This document shows, one piece after another, positions 27,373 to 35,524 of a stretch of 64,000 nt of DNA; position 1 is the first letter of the stretch, and every line of letters begins with the position of its first letter. The stretch is from a virus. A program made the translations under genes and the position numbers. The notes beneath the pieces are model-generated. The model saw nothing but the letters and a program-made list of their open reading frames with translations. It searched no databases and was not told where the DNA came from. The DNA lies in the IMG/VR virus record IMGVR_UViG_3300009146_000002, positions 5,733-69,732 of that record; one strand, 5' to 3'.

Positions 27373-27684
27373 CTAGTGCGACGTCTTGCGCGACTTGATC
27401 CAGCTGACGTCGTCGGGGTCGGCTGCCACTGGCGCGCCGACACGGAAGTGCTCGATCCACCGATCGAACGCGCGCTTGCTGACCAGCACGCGGCCCTTCT
27501 TCTTCCCCGGGATGCAGACCTGCCAGTGCGGCAGCTGGTGATCGTCGGTGCGCTTGAGATGGCGCTGCAGCGTCCGCACCGAGAGGCGGCTGTAGCGGGC
27601 GAGCTCGTCGAGGTCGAGGTAGTCCGTGCGTCCGTCGTCGTCGTCGTCGTCATGGCTACGCACCCGTCCTGGTAGCTGTGACAT
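27373..27684 (-). CDS. xis: Excisionase-like HTH protein
   Basis: YLDLDELARYSRLSVRTLQRHL..GRVLVSKRAFDRWI, directly upstream of int; start uncertain (ATG 27684 after GAGG). Confidence 0.75.
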   Translation of the reverse strand: MSQLPGRVRSHDDDDDDGRTDYLDLDELARYSRLSVRTLQRHLKRTDDHQLPHWQVCIPGKKKGRVLVSKRAFDRWIEHFRVGAPVAADPDDVSWIKSRKTSH

Positions 27685-27871
27685 GGGAGGCCTCGATGCC
27701 CTTCTCTTTCGCCCAGAGCGCGACCGCGCGGTCGACCTGGGCACTGTAGGGGACGCCGTCCCTGTCCAAGATCGCCTTGAGCAGGTCGCTCGTCTCCAGC
27801 GTGATGTGAACGTTCAGTTGGCGCTTGCCCGGGGCACTCGCCGGCTTCGACTTGCGTGTCGGTGTTGTCAT
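27656..27871 (-). CDS. Ribbon-helix-helix regulator
   Basis: KRQLNVHIT strand followed by helix LETSDLLKAILDRDG and helix YSAQVDRAVALW. Confidence 0.7.
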   Translation of the reverse strand: MTTPTRKSKPASAPGKRQLNVHITLETSDLLKAILDRDGVPYSAQVDRAVALWAKEKGIEASHVTATRTGA

Positions 27872-27920
27872 GTATCCGACAATATCACCGAGTGTCTAGC
27901 GATGTCTAGCCTAGCGTCTG

Positions 27921-28025
27921 CTAGCGCCGCCGGCTCAGCGCGTAGTGCCACCAGCGCTCGATCACCGCCGAGAGCACCACCGCCAGGATCGCCGTCAACA
28001 ACCGTGCGCCGATCTCGATCTCCAT
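27921..28025 (-). CDS. 34-aa single-TM peptide (not in the ORF track)
   Basis: MEIEIGARLLTAILAVVLSAVIERWWHYALSRRR; GGAGGG RBS, starts right after the upstream TGA. Confidence 0.55.
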   Translation of the reverse strand: MEIEIGARLLTAILAVVLSAVIERWWHYALSRRR

Positions 28026-28199
28026 TCAGCGTCCCTCCGTCACTCCCCACCCCTGCCAGTTGATCCGAAAGCACCGCCGGCACACCGCGCCCCGCACCGG
28101 CTCGGGCGTCGTGGTCACGATCACCGCCACCCGCCCGGGCGCCTTCCCGCAGTCGAGACAGATCGGCTCAGTCGCTTGCGCTGCCGCTGCCGCTGCCAT
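28026..28199 (-). CDS. 57-aa CxxC..CxxC zinc-finger protein (not in the ORF track)
   Basis: MAAAAAAQATEPICLDCG..VCRRCF; GGAGGAGG RBS. Confidence 0.6.
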   Translation of the reverse strand: MAAAAAAQATEPICLDCGKAPGRVAVIVTTTPEPVRGAVCRRCFRINWQGWGVTEGR

Positions 28200-28773
28200 C
28201 GCCCCCTCCTCCGCTCCCGCGTTTCGTCAGCACCAGACTCGCCAGCGAGTGGTCGTCCAGCCAGTCGCCGTGGTACGTCCAGTCCACCCCGCCGAAGTGC
28301 TTGAACCCCACCTTCCGCGCATCCCGGATCAGCCGCTGGTAGCTGTGCGCCGAGTAGATCCGCCGCCGCTCGCCGCGCCCGCTCGCCGTATCCCGGCCCT
28401 CGGCGGCCCAGTAGGCGAACGTCAACACCAGCAGCCCCTCGGGCCGGAGGATCTCCGCCGCCTGGTGGAGGAACCGCACGGGCGCCTCCACGCGGTCGAG
28501 CACGCACAGCCCGTAGACCGCCGGCACGCCGCCCTGCTGCCCGTCGACCAGCTGCGCTTCCCCCGGGTACCAGTAGGTCGCGGTCGGCCCCGGCGCCTGG
28601 AAGAGCACCTCCGAGTAGTTCACGACCAGGCCGCCGTCGCGGACGCGCAGGTGGGTCGCCTCCACCCAGCGGGCCCAGGCCGCCTCGGCCAGCCGCTGCT
28701 GCCACTGCGCCACGCTCAGGCACCCGGGGAAGTCCCGGAGGTTGCAGGTGCGGGAGAGGGCCAGGGTGGACAT
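28168..28773 (-). CDS. Degenerate class I SAM-methyltransferase-fold protein
   Basis: VYGLCVLDRV..FLHQAAEILRPEGLLVLTF resembles motifs IV-VI; no clear GxGxG. Confidence 0.5.
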   Translation of the reverse strand: MSTLALSRTCNLRDFPGCLSVAQWQQRLAEAAWARWVEATHLRVRDGGLVVNYSEVLFQAPGPTATYWYPGEAQLVDGQQGGVPAVYGLCVLDRVEAPVRFLHQAAEILRPEGLLVLTFAYWAAEGRDTASGRGERRRIYSAHSYQRLIRDARKVGFKHFGGVDWTYHGDWLDDHSLASLVLTKRGSGGGGDGSGSGSASD

Positions 28774-28782
28774 ACCTATGCA

Positions 28783-29409
28783 TCACGCCCCGGCCACATC
28801 GGGCGACTCGAAGTCGAAGCAGCCGGGCACCGGCCCTTCGCGGTAGCCCTGACCGCGCACGGGCGCGAGGATCTCCAGCGTGGGATGGAGCGTGACGCAC
28901 TGGTAACACGGCCCGTGGCCCAGATCCTCGATCGGCGAGGCGAGCACCTCCGCGTGGGTCGTCCAGCCGGCGACGGTGAAGACCAGCCAGCCGCGCGTGG
29001 TCGGCACGCCGTCGCCGGTCAGCACGAGGTAGAGGTCGGGAGCCTCCTTCTTCGCCTTCACGCGCGCCGCTTCCCGCGCGCAGTCCAGCTTGATGACGCC
29101 GTGGGGGTGGTCCCACACGACGTTGAGGAGATCGCCGCTCGGCAGCCGCAGGTTGTAGTGGTAGTAGCTGTCGAACTGGATCATCGGGCAGACATTCGCC
29201 GCGACGGCCACGGCGGTCTCCACCAGGCCGCCGCCGCGGTCGTTTCCCAGGATTGCGAAGTGATCCTGAATGACGCGCGGCCGGTAGCCGCGCGCCCGAT
29301 TGATCCCGTAACGGTAGTCGCCGATCAGGCAGCCGAAGGGTTGCTGGCGTTCGCTGAGCCAGATCCGCTGGCCGCGTGTGAACGACACCGCCACCTTCAG
29401 GTCGATCAC
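28783..29409 (-). CDS. Hypothetical protein, possible restriction-endonuclease-like fold
   Basis: ETAVA..DLYLVL..FTVAGW pattern; GTG start overlaps the helicase stop. Confidence 0.45.
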   Translation of the reverse strand: MIDLKVAVSFTRGQRIWLSERQQPFGCLIGDYRYGINRARGYRPRVIQDHFAILGNDRGGGLVETAVAVAANVCPMIQFDSYYHYNLRLPSGDLLNVVWDHPHGVIKLDCAREAARVKAKKEAPDLYLVLTGDGVPTTRGWLVFTVAGWTTHAEVLASPIEDLGHGPCYQCVTLHPTLEILAPVRGQGYREGPVPGCFDFESPDVAGA

Positions 29410-30978
29410 AGCCACGCCTTCAGCCGCGGATCGGTCGTACACCGCTCGATGATCGCCGCCCGGCTCCCCACCAGCCGCAGCCCCGCCGCGGTGCGACTGC
29501 GGCTCAGCGCGACATACATCATCCCGGGCGACTTGAAGAAGGCGTCCCGGACGTTGACCTGCACCTTATCCAGGCTCAGCCCCTGGCTCTTATGAACCGT
29601 ACTTGCATATGCAATTCTCAACGGCATGTAGGTGATCTCGCCGGCAATCTCCCACCGCTCCTCGATGCGGTCCTCGTGCCCCGCCGCGCGCAGCTCCTTC
29701 CGCCGCGTGCTATCGGCCGGCAGCTTCACCTTCCGCGACACCGGGATCACAAACTCGACCAGGCCCGTCCGCTGCAGCCGCACGTAGGCCCCCCGCACCC
29801 GCCGCTCGTGCCCCTTGCCGTCCACGACGTAGTCGTCGCCGACGTCTTCCAGCGTGCCGAGGTCGCCGTTCACATAGGTGAGCGCGCCGGCCTCGCGGCG
29901 GTTGGCGAGGATCATCACCAGCGCCCCTTGCTTGAGCGGCAGCTCCTGGGGGATGCCCCAGGTCGACGGCGGCTTGTCGGGATTGCCCCACTCGCTGCGC
30001 TGCTTGCCCCAGCGGGAGGAGCTGAAGGTCACCGGCGCGCCCGGCAGCCGCGAGAGCCGCAGCGCGTTGTAGCGGTCGACGCTCTCGTTCTTCGCGTGGA
30101 TGGTCGGCCCCTCGAAGTGGTCGTCGGTCTCAGTCGCGATGGCGTTGCGTGCGAGGAAGTAGTCGGCGACCTGCTCCCCCTGGCCCGCGCGGGCCGCGCG
30201 CAGCATCGCGATGAACTCGGGATCGGACTGCCGGCGGATCTCGGTGAGGGTGATCGTGTTGGCCTGGAACCGCCCCCACTCGCTCGCCTCAAACGCATAG
30301 GTCGCCTTCACCGGCGACAGCTGGCAGAAGTCCCCGACCAGCGTCAGGCCCATCGCTGGCGGCCCGCTCTCACCCTCATCAGCGTCCTTGTCCTTCTTGG
30401 TCGACAGCACATAGCCGGCTGTTGACCTCCTCGATCGCCTTCACGATGAAGTCGAGCTGATCGCCGGCAAGCATCGACACCTCGTCGAGCACCAGCCGGC
30501 GCACGCCCATCTTCCAGAGCTTGCCGAGCTTCGCGCTGAGGAAGCCGTTGAGGTAGCTCTCCTGCAGGCTGGCCGTGTCGAAGTACCCGAGGACCGCGTT
30601 GATCGTCTCGCCGCCGAGGTTGATCGCCGCGATGCCGGTGGTGGCGCAGAGCAGCAGCCCGCGCTCCTCCTCGGCCCAGGCCTTGGTGTAGAAGGTCTTG
30701 CCGCTGCCGGCCGCGCCCAGCAGGCAGGAGAACGGCTGGCGGAGCGTGGCGCGGATCGGGTCGGTGGTCTCCGGCGGCAGAGGCTCGGGCGTCGCAGCGG
30801 CGGTGGCGGCGCGGGCGTCGACGATCGCGTCGTGCCGCGCCTCCCGTGCCAGCGCCTCGTCGAACATCGCCATCTGCGCCGCGTCGGTCATGTCGTCGAC
30901 GGCCTCCTTGATCGCCTCGTCGACCAGGTCATCGCCGAAGCGGAGGGTGCGATCGGTGGGGGTGCGTTGGCGGATCAT
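29406..30978 (-). CDS. Pif1/RecD-like SF1B helicase split by a frameshift near 30410
   Basis: 5' ORF has GAAGSGKT, ATTGIAA and LDEVSM. 3' ORF has VGDFCQL, RRQ, NGDLG, TVHKSQG and YVALSR. Confidence 0.9.
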
Positions 30979-31154
30979 GGCTGCTCCGCCTTCGCCCCGA
31001 ACTTCCCTTGCCCAGAGCTGAGGTGAACGGCTACCGGCTTGACCACGTTCGGCGCATAGGACCGGTCGCAGAACGGGCAGTCGAAGTACACGTCCACGTC
31101 GCCGTGCTTCTTCAGAAGCGTCTGCAGCTGGACGACGGCTTCGCTGATCGTCAT
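30975..31154 (-). CDS. Small CxxC protein
   Basis: MTISEAVVQLQ..FDCPFCD; GAGGAGG RBS. Confidence 0.55.
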   Translation of the reverse strand: MTISEAVVQLQTLLKKHGDVDVYFDCPFCDRSYAPNVVKPVAVHLSSGQGKFGAKAEQP

Positions 31155-31167
31155 CTCGCCCTCCTCG

Positions 31168-31500
31168 CTAACGCGCCAGGGAGACACGCTCCGCCCGCTT
31201 GCCCCGTGGCACCTGCCGCGGCTCGAACTCGACGAGGATCCCCGGCAGCAGCTCGGCGAGCTCGACGTCGATGAGGCCGGTGGTGTGAAAGAAGAAGTCC
31301 TTGCCGACGTCGCCTGCGGCGCCCTCGGTACACCGGATGAACCCGAACCCGCGCTCGGGATAGATGTGCTGGACGGTGCCGCGCGCGTGCCCGGTGCTGA
31401 GCGTGCTCTCTGCGGCGTCGGTCTTCGGTTGCTTGCTGCCCACGGTCGCCTCCCTCTGAAGTCCTGCGGTCGTTGTCGCGGTCGTTGTCATGGTCATCAT
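31168..31500 (-). CDS. Cold-shock domain (CSD) protein
   Basis: GTV..ERGFGFI (RNP1), DFFFH (RNP2), VEFE..RGKRAERV; alternative start GTG 31443 with GGAGG. Confidence 0.88.
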   Translation of the reverse strand: MMTMTTTATTTAGLQREATVGSKQPKTDAAESTLSTGHARGTVQHIYPERGFGFIRCTEGAAGDVGKDFFFHTTGLIDVELAELLPGILVEFEPRQVPRGKRAERVSLAR

Positions 31501-31567
31501 CGTCGTGGCCTCCCCCGGGCCCACTTGCACATCCATATGCAAGTGAGCCCACCCCCTACCCACCGTC

Positions 31568-31765
31568 CTACGCCCCCTGGCTGCCGCTCGCCATCGGTGG
31601 CGTCGGCGTGCCCGCCTTCTTCGGCACCGCCCGCGGCCGCGCCGTCTCCGCCGCCCGAGCCCGCAGCGTCTGCTGCACCAGGCTCAGCGCCTGCTGCGCC
31701 AGCGGCAGCTCGGCCTCCTGGAAGTACTTGAGGACCGCGATCACCGGATCACGTTTCTTCGACAT
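31568..31765 (-). CDS. Small hypothetical protein
   Basis: MSKKRDPVIAVLKYF..; GGAG RBS. Confidence 0.55.
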   Translation of the reverse strand: MSKKRDPVIAVLKYFQEAELPLAQQALSLVQQTLRARAAETARPRAVPKKAGTPTPPMASGSQGA

Positions 31766-32216
31766 CAGTCGTCTCCTTGGTCTCCTCGGCCCCCGGCTCC
31801 CAGGGGCGGGTGAGAAAGCGGGGCGTCGCGTCGCCGAGGTGCGCCCCGATCGTGTTGAACCCGAACCAGTCGGCGACATCGTCGGCATCCGCACCGTCGG
31901 CCGCCATCGCTTCGAGCACCTTGTCCTCGTCGTAGAGCACCGCGAACTCCTGGCCGAACCCGTGAACCAGCCCGAGGATCGCGTGGTCGAAGTGCTCCGG
32001 TGGGTCGAAGAAGATGAGCTCGAACTCGTTCTCCTCCGCCCACGCCGTCAGCTCCGCGCGGGTCGGCGGCTTCCTCGCCCCCGGCCCCGCCGTCACCGGC
32101 GGCGGCATCGCCGACTCGTCGAGCGTGATCGCCAGCGGCTCCCCCGCCCGCTGGCGCCGCTCGGCGTCGAACAGCTCCAGCTGCGACTCCTCGAATTTCT
32201 CGTGAAGGTCGCTCAT
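31749..32216 (-). CDS. Conserved phage hypothetical protein
   Basis: FDHAILG..VLYDEDKVLE..WFGFNTIGAHLG..TPRF pattern, which I recall from other phages. Confidence 0.65.
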   Translation of the reverse strand: MSDLHEKFEESQLELFDAERRQRAGEPLAITLDESAMPPPVTAGPGARKPPTRAELTAWAEENEFELIFFDPPEHFDHAILGLVHGFGQEFAVLYDEDKVLEAMAADGADADDVADWFGFNTIGAHLGDATPRFLTRPWEPGAEETKETTDVEET

Positions 32217-32228
32217 GGCCCTGCCCCC

Positions 32229-32894
32229 TCACCCGCGCAGGTTGTCGAGGTTGGCGAACGCCCGCAGCAGCGCGCCGCAGTTGCTGCAGGTCACCTCGTA
32301 GGGCACCTGGCCCGTGGCGTCCTTCGGCACGTCCTCCTGGTAGTAGGCTTCCCCGCAGCCCTTCTTGCCCTCGATGACCTGGACCGCGCCCGCGCCGTCC
32401 CGGGCGCGGATGTCGCGGTCCTTGCTGCAGCGCCAGCTGTAGCGGAGGTCGCCCCCGAACTGCTTGCCCGCGTGCCGCTGGACGACCTGGATGTACTCCC
32501 GGTTGCTCTTCGGCTTGGTCTTCTCGCCGAGCGCGCGCAGCAGGTAGTCCATGTCGCTGGCGGTCACCTCGCCGCCCTTGCCGCGCTTCCGCTCGTTGTT
32601 CGTCAGCCGCGTCTCGAACGGCTCGTTGTTGCTCTTGCCCCCCGGCGACTGCACGATCAGCAGCGGGTGGTCGCGGTCGAACGAGGCCTTGACCCGCTGG
32701 GGCGGCGTCTTCTCCGGCGTGTCGAACAGATCCCAGATCGACGAGAGATCGGCCGGCAGCTGGAAGCGGTACGCCCCGGGGGGCGGTGGCGGCGTGAACG
32801 ATCCGAAAGTCGGGAGATCGTCGAGATCCTGCCCGCTGGTCGGGAGTACCTCATCCTTCAGCTCGCCTGCGAGTTCCTGAATACTCTTGCCCAC
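32229..32894 (-). CDS. Putative ssDNA-binding protein (DUF669-like)
   Basis: PPPGAYRF N-terminal motif, located after the exonuclease and ATPase genes; GGAGG RBS. Confidence 0.55.
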   Translation of the reverse strand: MGKSIQELAGELKDEVLPTSGQDLDDLPTFGSFTPPPPPGAYRFQLPADLSSIWDLFDTPEKTPPQRVKASFDRDHPLLIVQSPGGKSNNEPFETRLTNNERKRGKGGEVTASDMDYLLRALGEKTKPKSNREYIQVVQRHAGKQFGGDLRYSWRCSKDRDIRARDGAGAVQVIEGKKGCGEAYYQEDVPKDATGQVPYEVTCSNCGALLRAFANLDNLRG

Positions 32895-33016
32895 GATGCA
32901 CCTCCGAAACGATGAACGGGTATCCGCAGCACGGGTGTGCTGAGGGGTCGCGCCGTCGTCGTCGTCGGAGTCGTCGTCGGAGATCGAAGTGGCCGTCTCT
33001 CCGGCCTGTCACGCGC

Positions 33017-34450
33017 TCAGCTGCTGAGCAGCTTCGCTGGCGGCCGCATCCCGGGAGGCGGCACGCCGAGTCCACTGGCCACCGGCTCGGGCGGTGTCGG
33101 CGGCGGTTCGGCGACCGCGACCGCTGAGGCCGCTGCCGGCTGCGGACGCTTCCGCGCCGTGGCGACCGGAGGCGCCGAGGCCGAGGGCGGCGCGGGCATC
33201 GCGCCTGGCGCTGGGGGCGTGAGCCCAGGCAGCGTGGCTGGCGCAGCCGCCGCCGCCGTTGCAGCAGCCGCCGGGGCCGCCGCACTCGGCGTCACCGAGA
33301 ACGTCTCGCCGTAGCGGCTCGGCGTCTGCGAGAGGCCCGGCGCGCCGGGAATATCCTCGGCCAGCGCCTTCTGCAGATCCTGATCGAGCAGCGAGAACAC
33401 CAGGCCCAGGTTGGCCTGCGCCCACGGCTGACCGATCGGGTCGATGAGCATATCCGGCAGCCCGGTGGGCGAGCTGCTCGTCTTCAGCAGGTGGCGCCGG
33501 TTCTGCGCATCGGTGAAGGGGCGGAGGAACAGCGTGAAGTGTTCCTTGCCCGCCTCGTCGGTCGTCTTGCCCATCTCATACACATTGCCGAACCAGCTGC
33601 TCGCTTCGTCGGTCGCGGCGCGTCCCGGCAGCTTGCAGCCTACGATCGGCAGCCCGCCTTCGTCGGTCGCTTCCATACTCAATCCCGTGAAGACCGGGCC
33701 CTCGACCAGGTGCGGGATACTCAAGGAGTTATTGACGAACTCCCGGCCGCGTGACTGGCCGAGCCCGATGTCCGCGCGGTTGGTGCCGCCGAGCTTCACA
33801 CTCCCCGAGATCACCACGCCGCCAAACGCACTCTTCTCGCCGCCCACCTGGCCGGCGCCGCGTGCGTGATCCATGAAGCTCAGCACCTCGTTCGTCATGC
33901 TGGTCAGTCCATCGAACGCCACCCCGCCGACCATCTCGAAGCCCGGCGTGCGCTTGACCGTCTCGGCGACGTTCAGCTCCCCCTGCGGGTGCAGCGTCTT
34001 GCACGCCGCGCAGTAGGTCGGCGTGATGACCCCCCGCGTGGGCAGCGTCGCCAGCAGCTCGCCGGTCTTCCGGCAGCTGAGCGTGTAGAGCGTCGTGACC
34101 GGCGGCACCAGGTCGACGCCTGGCGAGGTCTCGCCGGTGACGTTGTTGATCTCACGCGGCCAGTAGCCCTTGGTCGCCTGGTAGAGCGTCTCGATCGCCA
34201 GCCCTTCGGCTGACCTGGTGCGGCAGCGCCAGAAGCGAATGAGCCCCTGCTTCATCAGCTTCTGCAGGTCGGTCGGGATCGCCCCGCCGTCCCAGCTGTA
34301 CAGGAGCAGCACGCGCTGGTGGCTGTCCCAGAGGTAGCGCGCGAAGCTGGCGAGCAGCGACGTCTTGCCGGCGCCCGGGACGCCGAGGATGAGTGTGGCG
34401 GTGAAGATCCGACGCGCGGGGCTAGCGGGGCTGGCGGCCTGGTCAGGCAT
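33017..34450 (-). CDS. Sak4/AAA_24-like P-loop ATPase (recombination)
   Basis: LILGVPGAGKT Walker A, VAFDGLT Walker B, Pro/Ala tail. Confidence 0.75.
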   Translation of the reverse strand: MPDQAASPASPARRIFTATLILGVPGAGKTSLLASFARYLWDSHQRVLLLYSWDGGAIPTDLQKLMKQGLIRFWRCRTRSAEGLAIETLYQATKGYWPREINNVTGETSPGVDLVPPVTTLYTLSCRKTGELLATLPTRGVITPTYCAACKTLHPQGELNVAETVKRTPGFEMVGGVAFDGLTSMTNEVLSFMDHARGAGQVGGEKSAFGGVVISGSVKLGGTNRADIGLGQSRGREFVNNSLSIPHLVEGPVFTGLSMEATDEGGLPIVGCKLPGRAATDEASSWFGNVYEMGKTTDEAGKEHFTLFLRPFTDAQNRRHLLKTSSSPTGLPDMLIDPIGQPWAQANLGLVFSLLDQDLQKALAEDIPGAPGLSQTPSRYGETFSVTPSAAAPAAAATAAAAAPATLPGLTPPAPGAMPAPPSASAPPVATARKRPQPAAASAVAVAEPPPTPPEPVASGLGVPPPGMRPPAKLLSS

Positions 34451-34979
34451 GAGCGACTTCTCCTGTCGTGGTGAGCTGGTGAATGAGGTTCCGCACTTCC
34501 TCGACGCTGCACCACTCGCCGCTGGCGACTTCCGGTGGCGCCTGGCTGAGGATCTGATCGGTGAAGTAGCCGAGCGCGGCGACGATGGTGCGGGCGATCT
34601 TGCTCTCCGGGTCGAGCGGTCCTTCGGTCGCGCGCGGCCGCTGCGCTAGTTGTTCGCGCCGCATCGCGCGCACCCCTTCGATGTAGCCGGCCGTGAAGGC
34701 CTCTTCGAGCGTGGCCTCCTGGTGGCTGAGCGCCCAGCGATCGAAGACGCCGAGCTGCTCCTGGTCAACGGGTGGCGGCGCAGGGGGCGGCGGGGCGGCT
34801 GGCTCGGGCGGCACGCTCTGCTCCCGCCCGATGTGGCGGCCCGGCTTCCCGGCGCCACACACCACACAGCCCTGCGCAATCGGCCCGCCGTTCTCGTTGC
34901 CGCAGCTGGGGCAGTTCCAGCCGGCCTCCATCCCGAGGCCCCCGCCGTCGTAGTGCCGGCTGCCGCCGACGGGCGACAT
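34443..34979 (-). CDS. Zinc-ribbon protein
   Basis: WNCPSCGNEN..CVVCG; GGAGG RBS before ATG 34979. Confidence 0.6.
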   Translation of the reverse strand: MSPVGGSRHYDGGGLGMEAGWNCPSCGNENGGPIAQGCVVCGAGKPGRHIGREQSVPPEPAAPPPPAPPPVDQEQLGVFDRWALSHQEATLEEAFTAGYIEGVRAMRREQLAQRPRATEGPLDPESKIARTIVAALGYFTDQILSQAPPEVASGEWCSVEEVRNLIHQLTTTGEVAHA

Positions 34980-35224
34980 CACTGCACCTCCGAGCGCGAG
35001 CGGTAGCTGCTGACCGTGCTGTTGGCGCCAATCAACGAGATCAGCTCGGCCTGCATCGTGTCCTCGGTCTCGCCGGCGAAGATGACCAGCTTGGTCGTGC
35101 CGTCCAGCTCGCCGAGGTTCAGTTCGATCGGACTGCCCAGCACCAGCCGCCGGCGGTTCTCCGCCGAGAGCCCGAGCAGCAGGATGTTGCGGTTGTCGTG
35201 GGTGAGCACGCGCGCGACCAGCAT
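34979..35224 (-). CDS. Hypothetical protein
   Basis: LLLGLSAEN..LVIFAGETE; GAGGAG RBS. Confidence 0.6.
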   Translation of the reverse strand: MLVARVLTHDNRNILLLGLSAENRRRLVLGSPIELNLGELDGTTKLVIFAGETEDTMQAELISLIGANSTVSSYRSRSEVQ

Positions 35225-35226
35225 GG

Positions 35227-35523
35227 CTAGTTCTCCTCTTGTGTGACGGGCGTCCGCTCGGCCTGCCGGGCCTCGACCCACGCGGTGACATGGGCCGGCG
35301 AGCCCCAGCAGGCCCAGGGGGCCCGGTTGTAGAGGAACCGCACATAGACCGGCAAGATCGCCTGGTTGGCCAGGTCGGCGTGGGCCACCGCCGCCTTCAG
35401 GTCATTGCGCAGCACGGCGAGCAGGAAGTTCCCCGGCGCGTAGCCGTGCGCGATGTACCGCTGCAGCGCCTCCATCAGGTACGGCGGGATGGCGGCATAC
35501 TCATTCGTGGGTAGCTCGGTCAT
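35227..35523 (-). CDS. Conserved phage hypothetical protein
   Basis: LQRYI.HG..PGNFLLAVLRNDL..AP..CWGS. Confidence 0.7.
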   Translation of the reverse strand: MTELPTNEYAAIPPYLMEALQRYIAHGYAPGNFLLAVLRNDLKAAVAHADLANQAILPVYVRFLYNRAPWACWGSPAHVTAWVEARQAERTPVTQEEN

Positions 35524-35524
35524 C

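Noticed and set aside
27631-27653. Programmed -1 frameshift from ATG(ACG)6 into xis
   Set aside because: ACG to GAC does not allow tRNA re-pairing, and xis has a plausible in-frame start at 27684
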